A stretch of DNA of 64,000 bases from Hyphococcus sp. (lineage in GTDB: Bacteria; Pseudomonadota; Alphaproteobacteria; Caulobacterales; Parvularculaceae), in contig JAJFFY010000011.1 of NCBI GenBank assembly GCA_021776415.1, positions 73 through 64,072 on the forward strand, written 5' to 3'. Shown here piece by piece: positions 20,296 to 30,178 of this stretch. Numbering within the stretch: the first letter of the stretch is position 1; the number at the start of each line of letters is the position of its first letter. The notes beneath the pieces are model-generated. The model did not search any database. It had not been told where the DNA came from and saw only the letters and a list, made by a program, of their open reading frames with translations. Made by a program: the position numbers and the translations under genes.

Positions 20296-20976
20296 ATGCT
20301 GAGTTTTTTGAAGCGCCTAGGAATTGGGTCCGCCCGCGACGCGCAAATGGGCGGCGGACGGCGGGCGATCTTGCGTGCGCTGTTGGAAAATCGCGACGGT
20401 CTGACGGCGGATGATCTCGCCGCAAAATTATCAATCACCCGCTCGGCCGTTCATCAACACATCGTCAGTCTCGAACGCGACGGCCTGGTCGCGCGCAACG
20501 CGCTCGCCCGAAAAAAAGGCCGGCCGAGCCATGTATTTTCAATTACCGAAGACGGCATCCACGAATTCCCCAAACGATATGACTGGTTTTCCGCGCTCCT
20601 GCTCGGCATGCTTTCCGAACGCCTCAGCGATGATGATCTGCGGGGCGAGCTTGACGCGCTGGGCAAAAAAATCGGCGGTCAGCTAAGGGCGCAACTCGCA
20701 CAAGGCGGCGGTGACGTTTCCGCGACCGGGCTCGCCAGCGCGATGTCCGACCTTGGTTATGCCGCGCGCGCCGCCCGCAACCAAGACGGCGGCGAAGAAA
20801 TCCAGGCGTTTAACTGCGTATACCACCACCTCGCGGCGGAACATCCCGAGGTCTGCGAGTTCGACCTCGCCCTGATAGAAGCGGCGACCGGCCAACGCCC
20901 GGAACACGCCGAATGCATGGTCCGCGGCGGCGGCTCGTGCCGGTTCAAATTTTCCAAGGCCGACAGCGCCGGTTAA
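20296..20976 (+). CDS. SufR-like winged-HTH regulator with C-terminal Cys ligands
   Basis: HTH (LTADDLAAKLSITRSAVHQH..LE.DGLV), GRP, FPKRY; NC-x12-C...C..GG.SC. Confidence 0.8.
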   Translation: MLSFLKRLGIGSARDAQMGGGRRAILRALLENRDGLTADDLAAKLSITRSAVHQHIVSLERDGLVARNALARKKGRPSHVFSITEDGIHEFPKRYDWFSALLLGMLSERLSDDDLRGELDALGKKIGGQLRAQLAQGGGDVSATGLASAMSDLGYAARAARNQDGGEEIQAFNCVYHHLAAEHPEVCEFDLALIEAATGQRPEHAECMVRGGGSCRFKFSKADSAG

Positions 20977-20996
20977 CGCAAAGGCCCGGCGCCTGT

Positions 20997-22019
20997 CTAA
21001 TCGCCATAAATCGCTGTTGTGTTCACGCCGGTTGCGCTTTTGGCGCCGCGAAACATGCCGTCCGTATTGAATACCATGGCAAACGCGCCGTCAGCGCCGA
21101 GTACAATCACGCCGCCACCGCCGCCGAGCGTTTCGAGCCGGCCATGGATCACATCCGTGGCCGCGTCCTCAACTGTCTTGTCGGCATATTCAACCTGGGC
21201 GCAAATATCGCGCGCAATGGTCAGCCGGATAAAATATTCTCCGTGGCCGGTGGAGGATACGGCGCAGGATTTATTGTCGGCGAAGGTCCCGGCGCCAATG
21301 ATCGGCGTGTCGCCCACCCGTCCGAAATTTTTCAGCGTCATACCGCCGGTTGAAGTGCCTGCCGCAAGGTTGCCTTCCGCATCAAGCGCGACGGCGCCAA
21401 CGGTTCCATATTTAAAATCAATCGGCAGGGCGCTGTCTTCTTGCTGTTTTTCACGCTCCAGGGCCTCTTCATAGCTCTTCCAGCGATGCTCCGTATAGAA
21501 ATATTCAGGATCGACAATCTCATGGCCCTGCTGTTCGGCGAATTCATCGGCGCCGTTGCCGGCAAACATCACATGGACGGAATCTTCCATCACGGAACGG
21601 GCCAGGCGGATCGGGTTTTTAACCGTGGTCACGCCAGTAACCGCGCCGGCGTTGAGCGTTGCGCCGTCCATGATCGAGGCGTCGAGCTCGTTCTTGCCTT
21701 CGCGGGTGAACACCGCGCCTTTGCCGGAGTTAAAAAGCGGCGAGTCCTCCATCGTCACAATCGCCGCCTCAACCGCATCCAGCGCCGCGCCGCCCTCGTC
21801 GAGGATCGCATATCCGACATCGAGCGCCTCGTTAAGCTTGGCGATAAATTCCGCTTCCTTTGCCGGCGTATAGCGCCCGGGCGCCAGCGCGCCGGCGCCG
21901 CCATGAATGACGATGGTCACCGGCGGCGGCGAGGCAGTCTCTGGCGTTTTTGGCGTATCTGGCGCGCAGCCGGTTGTCAGGACAGCAAGGGCGGCAAACG
22001 CCGCGAGCGAATTTTTCAT
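20997..22019 (-). CDS. iaaA: Isoaspartyl peptidase / L-asparaginase (Ntn hydrolase), lipoprotein
   Basis: IHGGAG, FNSGKG, GTVGAVA (Thr nucleophile), TSTGG and GRVGD; lipobox TTGC. Confidence 0.92.
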   Translation of the reverse strand: MKNSLAAFAALAVLTTGCAPDTPKTPETASPPPVTIVIHGGAGALAPGRYTPAKEAEFIAKLNEALDVGYAILDEGGAALDAVEAAIVTMEDSPLFNSGKGAVFTREGKNELDASIMDGATLNAGAVTGVTTVKNPIRLARSVMEDSVHVMFAGNGADEFAEQQGHEIVDPEYFYTEHRWKSYEEALEREKQQEDSALPIDFKYGTVGAVALDAEGNLAAGTSTGGMTLKNFGRVGDTPIIGAGTFADNKSCAVSSTGHGEYFIRLTIARDICAQVEYADKTVEDAATDVIHGRLETLGGGGGVIVLGADGAFAMVFNTDGMFRGAKSATGVNTTAIYGD

Positions 22020-22144
22020 CGGACAAATCCCTTCATGCGCAGAGCTACGCCAATATGGCATGCGCGCCAGCGCAGCCTTCGGCCAATAGATTGACATGAT
22101 TTTTTGGATTAACAAGCGGGCCGGCGCCCGCGCCGCACCGCGGT

Positions 22145-23860
22145 TTATTCAATATCAGGCAATATCATCCGCTGGGCGCGCCACTGCTCGACGATGCGCT
22201 CGATGAAGCTGTCATCGTCCATCTCGACCGACCAGCCGTCGGAGAAGCTGGCCATCAGGCTGCGCGGCACCGCACTGCTCGGCAGCGCATCAAAACGAAT
22301 GCGTGTCGGCATCGGCACCCCCTCGCCGACCGCGATCGCCTCTCCGAGGCCGAGCGACGGCAGACAGCTGAGCAGGCTGGTCGACGCATCCGGCACCGCC
22401 GCGCGCAACGCCTCCTGGTCGGCCTGGTTGGCGAGGCGCATGGCAAAGATGGTATTGCACTGAGATAGAACCGTTGGGTCGAGCTCGGTCGGGCGCTGTG
22501 ACGCGACCCACAACGATACGCCCACCTTGCGGCCTTCCTTGGCCAGACGGATTAAAGAACGCCGGGTCGGCCCGAAGCCTTCATTGGGATCGGCGGGCGC
22601 ATAGCGGTGGGCGTCTTCGCAAACCACCGCAATCGGCGCCGCGCCATTGCTCCACAAGCCAAATTCAAACGCCAGCCGCGTGACAACCGAGACCACAACC
22701 TGCACAACTTCCGTTGGCAGCCCGCCAAGCTCGATCACGCTGACCGGCTTGCCATTGACGGGGATGCGAAACAACTCGCCCAACAGCTCCGTCAGATTGT
22801 CCTGGACCGTCAGGCTGCCGAACATGAACGCATAACGCGCATCCTGGCTGATCGTCGCGATACGGTTTTTTAAACGCTTGAACGGCGTTGTGTTGCGCGT
22901 GCCGTCAAGACCGCCCAGCGCCTTGTCGATCAATGTCGACAACTCTGAAATCCGGTATGGGGTCGGCGTATCGACGGTTATCGCCGCCACATCGGCGCGC
23001 ACATGTACGGCCCGGGACGCGCCGGTGAGGTTCATCTTTTTCGCCGCCGGCACCAGATCCGCGAGAATTTCTATTTCCTCGGCATATCCTTTCCTGCCCG
23101 GAAACAAAACCTCGACCAGCTCGTCGAAGGTCAACATCCAGTATGGCAGCGTAAAGGTGGTCGGATCGAAAACCACAGCGCGATCTTCAAAGCTTTTGGA
23201 ATACTCATTATGCGGATCGAGAATGACGATATGGCCGTTTGGAAACCGCTCAAGCACGGCGCGCAACAATAAAGCTACCGCACAGGATTTGCCGGCCCCG
23301 GTGGTGCCGAGAATAGCGCAATGGCGCGAGAACACTTCGTCGACATTGACCGTCGCCGGGATTTGCGCATCCTGCTTGACCGCACCGACGCGCACGCTTG
23401 AAAATCCATTAATCGAGAACAGCGCCGTTAATTCGTCGCGGGTCGCCACATGAACGCCATCGCCAAGCGTCGGATAAGATGAGACGCCGCGCCGAAACCG
23501 CGCCGGCGCATTGATGGTCGGTTTTGTAAACTCGCCGATCAGTTCAACTTCAACGATGCCGGTGGAGCCAGCAGGATTGTCATGCGACGGCGACGGCACG
23601 CTCATCGCCGAGACCAGCCCCAGAACCACGCTTGAGCCAACGTCGAGGCTCATAATCGCGCCAATCTGCGGACGCGCCGCACGGTCGTCGGCGGGCTTTC
23701 CTTCCGCCAGCATCACCAGCGCATGCGAGCCGGTGACCGAGACCACCGTGCCAACGCGCGGTTTTTCCTGGAACGCGCCGTCAAAGGCTTCCGCCGTCGG
23801 CGCGGCGCTTCCCTTGCGCATGATTGGCGCTTTGCGCACCCGTGCTTTAAGCGGCGTCAT
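22145..23860 (-). CDS. HerA-like (DUF87) P-loop ATPase
   Basis: HAS-barrel-like N-terminus; RHCAILGTTGAGKS Walker A; DPHNEY; KEGRK; SQRP; GGAGAG RBS before ATG 23860. Confidence 0.88.
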   Translation of the reverse strand: MTPLKARVRKAPIMRKGSAAPTAEAFDGAFQEKPRVGTVVSVTGSHALVMLAEGKPADDRAARPQIGAIMSLDVGSSVVLGLVSAMSVPSPSHDNPAGSTGIVEVELIGEFTKPTINAPARFRRGVSSYPTLGDGVHVATRDELTALFSINGFSSVRVGAVKQDAQIPATVNVDEVFSRHCAILGTTGAGKSCAVALLLRAVLERFPNGHIVILDPHNEYSKSFEDRAVVFDPTTFTLPYWMLTFDELVEVLFPGRKGYAEEIEILADLVPAAKKMNLTGASRAVHVRADVAAITVDTPTPYRISELSTLIDKALGGLDGTRNTTPFKRLKNRIATISQDARYAFMFGSLTVQDNLTELLGELFRIPVNGKPVSVIELGGLPTEVVQVVVSVVTRLAFEFGLWSNGAAPIAVVCEDAHRYAPADPNEGFGPTRRSLIRLAKEGRKVGVSLWVASQRPTELDPTVLSQCNTIFAMRLANQADQEALRAAVPDASTSLLSCLPSLGLGEAIAVGEGVPMPTRIRFDALPSSAVPRSLMASFSDGWSVEMDDDSFIERIVEQWRAQRMILPDIE

Positions 23861-24758
23861 CGGCCCTCTCCAAACTGGATTTTTCTGCTCGCGAGGCGTC
23901 ATCCGCATCGCTCGTCGTCGCCGTTTTTGCCTCCGGCAGAGGCAAGGCGATGCGCACTAGCGTGCCGTGCCCTTTGCGGCTTTTGATATGGAATGACCCG
24001 CCCTGCATCTCGATAAATGTTTTTGCGACTGCATAGCCAACGCCGGGACCGGAAAACGAACGATCGAGCCCGCGATGCGGCTCGGCGAACGCTTCGAGCG
24101 CTTGTTTGACTTCCTCAGGGCTCATGCCTTCGCCGTCATCGCGCACGGCAATCTCGGCGCAGCCATGTTCATCAACGCTGGCGCGCACCAGAATTCGGCC
24201 CTTCTCAGCACTCGAATTGATCGCCGCCTGCAGCAAATGGTCAACCGCCTGACCGGTGCGCTCATGATCCCCCCAGCCAACAATCTCCCCGCCCGCATCG
24301 CGCCGCTCAATACTGACTTCGGCGGCGTCTGCGCGAACCTGCACACGCTCTACGGCGCCATCAAGAACGTCACAGAGATCGACCTCGTCATCAGAGAGCT
24401 CAACGCTGCCGCTTTCCAGCGCGGCGACTTCTAAAATTGTGTTGATATGACCGAGCAGAAGGTCAGCTGATTGTAAAATATACTCAGCATAAGCGGTGTG
24501 CTGATCAGTGCTGAGATCATATTGCTCGCCGTCGCGAAGCATGGTTGCAAATCCCATGATCGCATTAAGCGGCGTGCGTAATTCGTGATTCATATTGGCC
24601 AGAAATTCTGACCGCGCCTTGATCGCAAGTTCAGCTTCAACCCTTGCCGCTCGCACCTCTATTTCGGTGCGTTGGCGCGACATTGCTTCGCTCATGCGCG
24701 ATGCATAATCGGCGATGAGCGAGCCGTCGGACTGATTAAACAATTTCAACGCCCGCAT
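23847..24758 (-). CDS. Cytoplasmic sensor-less histidine kinase (HisKA + HATPase, PleC/DivJ-like H-box), N-box degenerate
   Basis: EFLANMNHELRTPLNAIMGF; DDGEG; GPGVG; GHGT; no TM or PAS segment visible. Confidence 0.85.
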   Translation of the reverse strand: MRALKLFNQSDGSLIADYASRMSEAMSRQRTEIEVRAARVEAELAIKARSEFLANMNHELRTPLNAIMGFATMLRDGEQYDLSTDQHTAYAEYILQSADLLLGHINTILEVAALESGSVELSDDEVDLCDVLDGAVERVQVRADAAEVSIERRDAGGEIVGWGDHERTGQAVDHLLQAAINSSAEKGRILVRASVDEHGCAEIAVRDDGEGMSPEEVKQALEAFAEPHRGLDRSFSGPGVGYAVAKTFIEMQGGSFHIKSRKGHGTLVRIALPLPEAKTATTSDADDASRAEKSSLERADDAA

Positions 24759-24795
24759 AAAATGAATTCCTCGCGCAAAGCCTAGCGCGCAAGGG

Positions 24796-24848
24796 CTAAT
24801 GCGGCGTTAAACTGGGCGCCGATGCAAGGTTGGTTAATCAGGCGTTAA
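24796..24848. promoter_or_regulatory. Two CtrA-type boxes upstream of the HK-HerA operon
   Basis: TTAA-TCAGGCG-TTAA (24834-24848, reads TTAA-N7-TTAAC on the - strand) and CTAA-TGCGGCG-TTAA (24796-24810). Confidence 0.7.
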
Positions 24849-26755
24849 GACGGCAACGCATTGCCGGACGGCGGCGCGTCGACGGCCTCACCGGCAGGCA
24901 AATTATTCGCCGAAGGTTCTGGCTTAGGCTCTGGCGGCTTTGGAACATAAGCGAGCACAGTGTCGCCGATGGCGGGCTCGACCGGGGCCTCGCGCGAGGC
25001 GAACTGAATGGCGCCTTTTCGGATCACCAGGACGATCTCGTGATCGGGGCCAGCCTCTTGCTTGTATTGCTCCGGCGGATATTCTTCCGACAGCCGGGTG
25101 CGCTGATAGATCCAGCCCTTATGGTGACGCCGCAAAAGCTCGTCGAACTGCACGCCGGAGTGAAGGAAGGTGCGTCCCTGCAAAGTATAGGAAAGCGCCT
25201 GGCGATCTTCTTCGTCCTTACCGCGGGCATTGACCTGATAGATCGCCGCGCGCCCCAGCTCCGGCGCGAGGTCAGTGGAGACCAGGGCGTTGTGGGCCTC
25301 ATTGCCGCTGAGCGCGAGCAAATAACCGAAGCGATTGAAATCGAGGTGATGCTCGGTGACCTCGGAGAGAATCTCACCGTAATAAGTCGGCACATCGGCA
25401 AGCCGCGCCGGTTGGAGGCTACCCCAACTCGCATCGGCAACCATCACCGGGATTTCAAGCTCTTTCAGCTTGGCCGCCAGCGCGACCGACCATGGCGAAG
25501 CGCCGGCGATCAAAACCCCCGGACGCTCGCGCGAGGCGAGGCCCAACATCTTGGCGAGCGGGCCGATTGAAAAGCCATGCGCGATCACGGTTGTAAAGAC
25601 CATTGCAAAGGCGAGCGCGATCAACTTGTCGCCGTCGGCAAAGCCCGCCTTCACTAAGGCGACGCCAAAGAACGAGGACACCGCAACCGCGACAATCCCG
25701 CGCGGCGCAATCCAGCCCACCAGCAACCGCTCCCGCCACGGCAGACCGGCGCCAATGGTTGAAACAAATACCGTCAGCGGGCGGACAACAAACAGCATCG
25801 CCACAAGATACCAGAACACCGACCAGTCAAGCTCAAGGAAGGATGCAAAAGTAAGATTGGCGGTGAGGATAATAAACACGCCCGAGACCAGAATAACGAC
25901 GATATTTTCTTTAAAAAATCGCAACTCGTTGATGCTGGCGATGCGTGAATTGGCCATCGTCACGCCCATGGCCGTGACCGCCAGCAGGCCAGCTTCATGT
26001 TGCAACAGGTTTGCGGTCTCAAAGCAGACCAATACCAGCGCCAGTAAAATCGGCGGCTTTAAATATTCCGGAACCCAGCCGCGCCGGAACGACGACGCCG
26101 CAAGCCGCCCGATCGTAAAGCCAAGCCCGCCAGCGAGAATGGAGGCTATCAAAATCGAGCCGATAATTTCGCCGGGCGAGGCCTCGCCGCCCCCGCCGCC
26201 ATTGCCGAAGACGATGAATTCATAAACCAGCACCGCAAGCAGGGCGCCGATCGGGTCGTTGACGATGCCTTCCCATTTCAACAGCGTCGCCGGGCGCGCA
26301 TCGAGCTTTGACTGACGCAGAAGCGGAATAATCACCGTCGGGCCGGTGACAATCATGATGCCGCCAAACAACAGCGCCACCTGCCATGACAGCCCGACGA
26401 TATAATAAGCCGCGCCCGCGCCAAGGCCCCAGGCAATCGCCACGCCGGGAAAAACCAGCCGCCGCACGCCCCGGGTCAGCCCGCGCAGCTCGGAGAAATT
26501 AAGTTGTAATCCGCCCTCAAACAAAATCACCGCAACCGCAATGGCGATGATCGGCTGATAGAACTCCCCAAACAGCACTTCCATCGGCGGCTCGCCGCCA
26601 GCGCCCGGCGGGCCAAAAATGCCGAGGACCGGACCGGCGACCACCCCGGCAATCGCCATCAGCACAATCGCCGGCAAGTTAAACCGCCAGGCGAGCCACT
26701 GCGCACCAATGCCGAGAACGCCGATAATTGCAAAGGCGAGAACCAGATTGTCCAT
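24845..26755 (-). CDS. CPA1 cation:proton antiporter with C-terminal RCK-like domain
   Basis: Many TM segments; ILFEGGL, VTGPTVI, WEGIVNDPIGA and APRGIVA. Confidence 0.92.
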   Translation of the reverse strand: MDNLVLAFAIIGVLGIGAQWLAWRFNLPAIVLMAIAGVVAGPVLGIFGPPGAGGEPPMEVLFGEFYQPIIAIAVAVILFEGGLQLNFSELRGLTRGVRRLVFPGVAIAWGLGAGAAYYIVGLSWQVALLFGGIMIVTGPTVIIPLLRQSKLDARPATLLKWEGIVNDPIGALLAVLVYEFIVFGNGGGGGEASPGEIIGSILIASILAGGLGFTIGRLAASSFRRGWVPEYLKPPILLALVLVCFETANLLQHEAGLLAVTAMGVTMANSRIASINELRFFKENIVVILVSGVFIILTANLTFASFLELDWSVFWYLVAMLFVVRPLTVFVSTIGAGLPWRERLLVGWIAPRGIVAVAVSSFFGVALVKAGFADGDKLIALAFAMVFTTVIAHGFSIGPLAKMLGLASRERPGVLIAGASPWSVALAAKLKELEIPVMVADASWGSLQPARLADVPTYYGEILSEVTEHHLDFNRFGYLLALSGNEAHNALVSTDLAPELGRAAIYQVNARGKDEEDRQALSYTLQGRTFLHSGVQFDELLRRHHKGWIYQRTRLSEEYPPEQYKQEAGPDHEIVLVIRKGAIQFASREAPVEPAIGDTVLAYVPKPPEPKPEPSANNLPAGEAVDAPPSGNALPS

Positions 26756-26798
26756 ACTGACCTTCTAAGTTGACTCGCAGCGAGTGGGAATGCCGCCG

Positions 26799-26852
26799 AT
26801 CCTTCGCGACGGTTTGAGCATCTGTCGATGCCCAAACCTCCTCAGGATGAGG
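26799..26852. repeat. REP-like element
   Basis: ATCCTTCGCGACG-(hairpin GGTTTG...CAAACC)-TCCTCAGGATGAGG resembles alphaproteobacterial REP sequences. Confidence 0.6.
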
Positions 26853-26886
26853 GCCACTTCTTGAAGCTAGGCGTTACTCTAGAAGC

Positions 26887-27663
26887 TCAGCGGTTCTTAA
26901 AGGACGGTTTGCGCTTCTCAATGAATGCGGCCATGCCTTCTTTCTGATCTTCGGTCGCGAACACTGAATGGAACACCCGGCGTTCAAATCTTACGCCCTC
27001 TGAAAGTGTGGTCTCATAGGCTCGGTCGACCGATTCTTTGATCAGCATAGTGATCGGCCGCGAGAACCCGGCGATCTGTTTGGCGACGCGGATCGCCTCG
27101 TCGCGCAATTCGCCCTTGGGCACAATGCGGCTGACCATGCCGCAGCGTTCGGCTTCTTCGGCGTCCATCATCCGGCCAGTGAGGCACATCTCCATCGCCT
27201 TTGACTTGCCGATGAAACGGGCCAGCCGCTGGGTGCCGCCGGCGCCGGGCATGGCGCCGATGGAAATTTCCGGCTGGCCGAATTTGGCGTTGTCCGCGGC
27301 AATAATAAAGTCGCACATCAGCGCCAGCTCGCAGCCGCCGCCAAGCGCATAACCGCCGACCGCCGCAATCACCGGTTTGCGCGCCCGGCTCGCCTCTTCC
27401 CAGTTTGCTGTGATGAAGTCTTCCTTGAAGACATCCATATAATTCTTGCCGACCATCTCCTTGATATCGGCGCCGGCGGCAAAGGCTTTTTCCGATCCGG
27501 TAATCACCAGACAACCGATCGCGTCATCCGCCTCCAGTTTGAGAACCGCGTCGGTCACCTCATCCATCAGCTGCTTGTTAAACGCATTGAGCGCATCGGG
27601 GCGGTTCAGCGTGATAATGCCAACGCCGCCGTCAGATTCGATAAGGATGCATTCGTAGGCCAT
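26887..27663 (-). CDS. Enoyl-CoA hydratase
   Basis: [29 protein letters not shown] and FGQPE...PGAGGTQRL. Confidence 0.95.
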   Translation of the reverse strand: MAYECILIESDGGVGIITLNRPDALNAFNKQLMDEVTDAVLKLEADDAIGCLVITGSEKAFAAGADIKEMVGKNYMDVFKEDFITANWEEASRARKPVIAAVGGYALGGGCELALMCDFIIAADNAKFGQPEISIGAMPGAGGTQRLARFIGKSKAMEMCLTGRMMDAEEAERCGMVSRIVPKGELRDEAIRVAKQIAGFSRPITMLIKESVDRAYETTLSEGVRFERRVFHSVFATEDQKEGMAAFIEKRKPSFKNR

Positions 27664-27690
27664 TTCGTATTCCTTAAATTACCAGTCCGT

Positions 27691-28284
27691 TCAGATCACG
27701 CCGATCAGGCGGATGACTTCCTGGCGCGCTTTTTCATCTTCCCGGAAGATGCCCATCATCCGGCTTGTGGTCATGGTAACGCCCGGCGTTTTCACACCAC
27801 GCGCCGTCATACACGCATGCGAGGCTTCAATCACCACAGCAACGCCCAACGGGTCCAGCACCTTCTGGATGCAGTCGGCAATTTCCGCGGTCAGGCGTTC
27901 TTGCACCTGAAGGCGGCGCGCATAAGTGTTCACCACCCGGGCGAGTTTGGAAATACCGACCACCCGGTTGCGCGGGAGATACGCCACATGCGCCTTGCCG
28001 ATGATCGGCGCCATGTGATGCTCGCAATGCGAATGGAACGGGATGTCTTTTAACAGGACAATTTCATCATAGCCGCCAACCTGTTCAAAGGTCCGCTCCA
28101 GATAGGTCTCCGCGCATTGCTCATAGCCTTGAAAATATTCGAGATACGCATCGACTACGCGGCGCGGCGTATCGGAGAGGCCTTCGCGTTGCGGATCGTC
28201 GCCTATCCAGCGAATGAGCTCGCGCACGGCGTCTTGCGCGCGGGCTCTTTCCTCTTTGGTTCGCGTCCTTTGTTGGCCGGCCAT
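27691..28284 (-). CDS. folE: GTP cyclohydrolase I
   Basis: [23 protein letters not shown] and H.CM..RGV. Confidence 0.97.
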   Translation of the reverse strand: MAGQQRTRTKEERARAQDAVRELIRWIGDDPQREGLSDTPRRVVDAYLEYFQGYEQCAETYLERTFEQVGGYDEIVLLKDIPFHSHCEHHMAPIIGKAHVAYLPRNRVVGISKLARVVNTYARRLQVQERLTAEIADCIQKVLDPLGVAVVIEASHACMTARGVKTPGVTMTTSRMMGIFREDEKARQEVIRLIGVI

Positions 28285-28286
28285 GA

Positions 28287-29426
28287 TCAGGCTCTTTTAT
28301 CTATCGCAACGACATCGCGCTGAGCCGAACCGGTATAGTTCGAGAGCGGACGGATCAGCTTGTTGTCGCCGAGTTGCTCCATAATATGCGCCGTCCATCC
28401 GGTGATGCGGCTGACCACAAAGATAGGCGTGAACATCGGGATTTCAAAACCCATCAGATAATAGGCCGGCCCCGCCGGGAAATCGAGATTGGGGTAGATG
28501 CCTTTTTCCGAAACCATGGTTTCATCAAGGATCTTCGACATCTCCCAATATTTGCGCGCCTCGTCGGTGCCGATAATATCGACCATGTCTTTGAACGCCG
28601 AGGTCATGGTCGGCACACGGCTGTCGCCGGAGCGATAGACGCGGTGGCCAAAGCCCATGACTTTTTTCTTGGTCTCCAGCGCGTCCAGCATCCAGTCTTT
28701 GGCGTTCTCGGCCGTGCCGACATCTTCGAGCATATACATCACCGCTTCATTGGCGCCGCCATGGAGCGGGCCTTTGAGCGATCCGATGGCGCCGGTGACG
28801 GAGGAATAGATCCCCGACAGCGAGCTGGCGATGACGCGAGCGGTAAAGGTCGAGGCGTTAAAGGAATGCTCGGCATAGAGCGTCATGGAAATATCGAAAC
28901 ACCTGACGATTTCCGGCGCCGGCACTTCGCCAAAGCACATATGAAAGAAGTTTTCTGCAAAGCCGAGACCATTGTCCGGTGCAATCGGCTCTTTACCGTT
29001 GCGCAGGCGGAAGTCCGTTGCGACGATTTGCGGAATTTTTGCATAAAGGCTGATCGCACGATCATAAAGCTTGTCAGTCGCGTGATCTTCGATCTCGCTG
29101 TCTTCAATCCCCAAAAAACTCACCGCCGTCCGCAGCGTCGCCATTGGGTGGGCGCCTTTGGGGAACTTCCGCATAACCGAAATAAGGTCATCTGAAAGGC
29201 CGCGCTCGCGCTTTTCTTTGGCGTTGAAATCATCAAGCTGGGCTTTGGTCGGCAGCTCGCCATTCCAGATCAGGTAAGCGGTTTCCTCAAACCGGCACTG
29301 CGCCGCCAAATCCTGTACAGCATAGCCGCGATAGGTCAGCGAGTTAGTCTCCGGCATAACCTTCGACACCGCAGTGTCATCGGCAATCACACCCGCTAGC
29401 CCGTATTTAATATCCGTGTCAGTCAT
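28287..29426 (-). CDS. prpC: 2-methylcitrate synthase / citrate synthase
   Basis: [34 protein letters not shown] and PNLDF; clustered with prpB and prpD. Confidence 0.9.
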   Translation of the reverse strand: MTDTDIKYGLAGVIADDTAVSKVMPETNSLTYRGYAVQDLAAQCRFEETAYLIWNGELPTKAQLDDFNAKEKRERGLSDDLISVMRKFPKGAHPMATLRTAVSFLGIEDSEIEDHATDKLYDRAISLYAKIPQIVATDFRLRNGKEPIAPDNGLGFAENFFHMCFGEVPAPEIVRCFDISMTLYAEHSFNASTFTARVIASSLSGIYSSVTGAIGSLKGPLHGGANEAVMYMLEDVGTAENAKDWMLDALETKKKVMGFGHRVYRSGDSRVPTMTSAFKDMVDIIGTDEARKYWEMSKILDETMVSEKGIYPNLDFPAGPAYYLMGFEIPMFTPIFVVSRITGWTAHIMEQLGDNKLIRPLSNYTGSAQRDVVAIDKRA

Positions 29427-29625
29427 TCCACTTTCCCGTATCTTTATTAAATTTTGCGCGACGCGCGCGACTTCCAATGAAAAACCACCAATTACCGATG
29501 ATCGCGAATCCTATGAACCATACAGCCAGGGCGATTAACCAGAATTTTTGGTCGTCCACCGTGACGACGAAATATCCAATAACCATCCCGCCCAATATGT
29601 AGAATAACCTGATAAGCCAAGCCAT
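29419..29625 (-). CDS. Small two-TM membrane protein
   Basis: 68 aa, two hydrophobic segments; overlaps the prpC start by 8 nt. Confidence 0.6.
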   Translation of the reverse strand: MAWLIRLFYILGGMVIGYFVVTVDDQKFWLIALAVWFIGFAIIGNWWFFIGSRARRAKFNKDTGKWND

Positions 29626-29637
29626 CTCGACCTTCTC

Positions 29638-29970
29638 TTAATCCCGTTTCATCGCGTAGCTTCGCTCAACTTTCGCGACCCGCACATCGTAACCTTCATA
29701 CCAGTCAGCGCGACCCCGCCGTTGCGCTTCAAGGTGCTCGCCGACCTTCTTCCAGTTGGCGATCGCCTGTTCTGATTCCCAGTAGGAAATCGCTATGCCA
29801 AAACCATCCTCGCCGCGTGCAGATTCAAAGCCGAGATAGCCCGGCATCTTCGCCGCTAATTCCTCCATCCGCGCCGCCATCGCGCCATAGCCCTCATCGT
29901 CGATAGCCGTTCGCTGGTTCGCGAAAATGACTGCGTAGTAGGGCGGCGATGGGAGTTTTGCGATGGTCAT
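29638..29970 (-). CDS. ABM-family monooxygenase
   Basis: PPYYAVIF, PGYLGFESAR, SYWESE..I..WK and H..AQ..GR..WY. Confidence 0.9.
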   Translation of the reverse strand: MTIAKLPSPPYYAVIFANQRTAIDDEGYGAMAARMEELAAKMPGYLGFESARGEDGFGIAISYWESEQAIANWKKVGEHLEAQRRGRADWYEGYDVRVAKVERSYAMKRD

Positions 29971-30142
29971 GTTGCGGTGCGTTATGCTATATTACAGAGC
30001 GGAAAGAAAGCCCCCTCAGCGGCTCTGTTTTAATAGATATTACAAGATGTTAGCGGGCAGCCTTGAAAGCCGGCGCGCGGCAATTCCTGCGGCGTATCGC
30101 TGAGCTGAAAATTACCAAACGCAATCATTGTTATGAACAGGC

Positions 30143-30178
30143 AAAAAAAAAACGGCGGGCATCACACCCGCCGTTTTT
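30143..30178 (-). terminator. Rho-independent terminator
   Basis: AAAAACGGCGGG-catcaca-CCCGCCGTTTTT stem with a 10-U tail on the - strand. Confidence 0.85.

Noticed and set aside
22145-23860. HerA as an anti-phage or repair system (Sir2-HerA, NurA-HerA)
   Set aside because: No nuclease, Sir2 or NurA neighbour; host-like GC; embedded among housekeeping genes
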